IMG/VR virus record: IMGVR_UViG_3300044701_003213
Span: 1,508 to 65,507 of that record
Length of the DNA stretch: 64,000 nucleotides
Source: a virus
Lineage: Duplodnaviria > Caudoviricetes
Direction: 5' to 3' (one strand)
In this document: positions 63,862 through 64,000 of the stretch, one piece after another
Layout of the letters: each line of letters begins with the position of its first letter
Numbering within the stretch: position 1 is the first letter of the stretch
Made by a program: the position numbers and the translations under genes
The notes under the pieces: model-generated
What the model saw: the letters and a program-made list of their open reading frames with translations, nothing else
Database searches by the model: none
Told to the model about the DNA's origin: nothing

Positions 63862-64000
63862 ATTACCTCTGCATTGTTGATGGTGTCGTAGAATACGGCA
63901 GCACAGACCTCAACGACTTCAACCATTATCGTATGGTGTATTACGAAGACCACAAAGATGCTGAAAATGTAGAGTATCTTGTGCTGACTGATGAAGCATA
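63858..64000 (+). CDS. Hypothetical protein (3'-truncated by window edge)
   Basis: ATGA overlap; open to window end, MNYLCIVDGVVEYGST. Confidence 0.55.
   Translation, partial: MNYLCIVDGVVEYGSTDLNDFNHYRMVYYEDHKDAENVEYLVLTDEA

Overview
A 64-kb, AT-rich, densely coding segment of a T4-like cyanomyovirus (Kyanoviridae-type) genome. It opens in the 3' part of psbD, then carries host-derived metabolic genes (speD, thyX, phoH, cp12, glutaredoxin), T4-like replication and transcription genes (gp33, gp59, gp32), and a baseplate/tail block (gp53, gp48, gp4, gp54-like, gp26, gp51, two paralogous lytic tail proteins, gp5). After that come four tRNAs, a candidate structured ncRNA, a Mom-like gene, a 1999-aa virion protein, a tail-fibre/2OG-Fe(II) oxygenase island, and small early genes driven by a repeated promoter element. 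Most interesting: (1) a fibre with a ~324-aa Arg/Gln/Pro insertion that reads as a self-complementary beta-hairpin needle, next to an acidic coiled-coil protein of matching predicted length and several hydroxylases; (2) a nitrogen-sensing cassette with an NtcA box, a tandem glutamine riboswitch with an ORF inside a stem loop, DUF4278 and a basic peptide, together resembling a split GS-inactivating factor; (3) two split, order-permuted carbamoyltransferases after thyX; (4) seven copies of an inverted-repeat box 35-37 nt upstream of TATAAT. All calls come from motif recognition by eye; no database searches were run.
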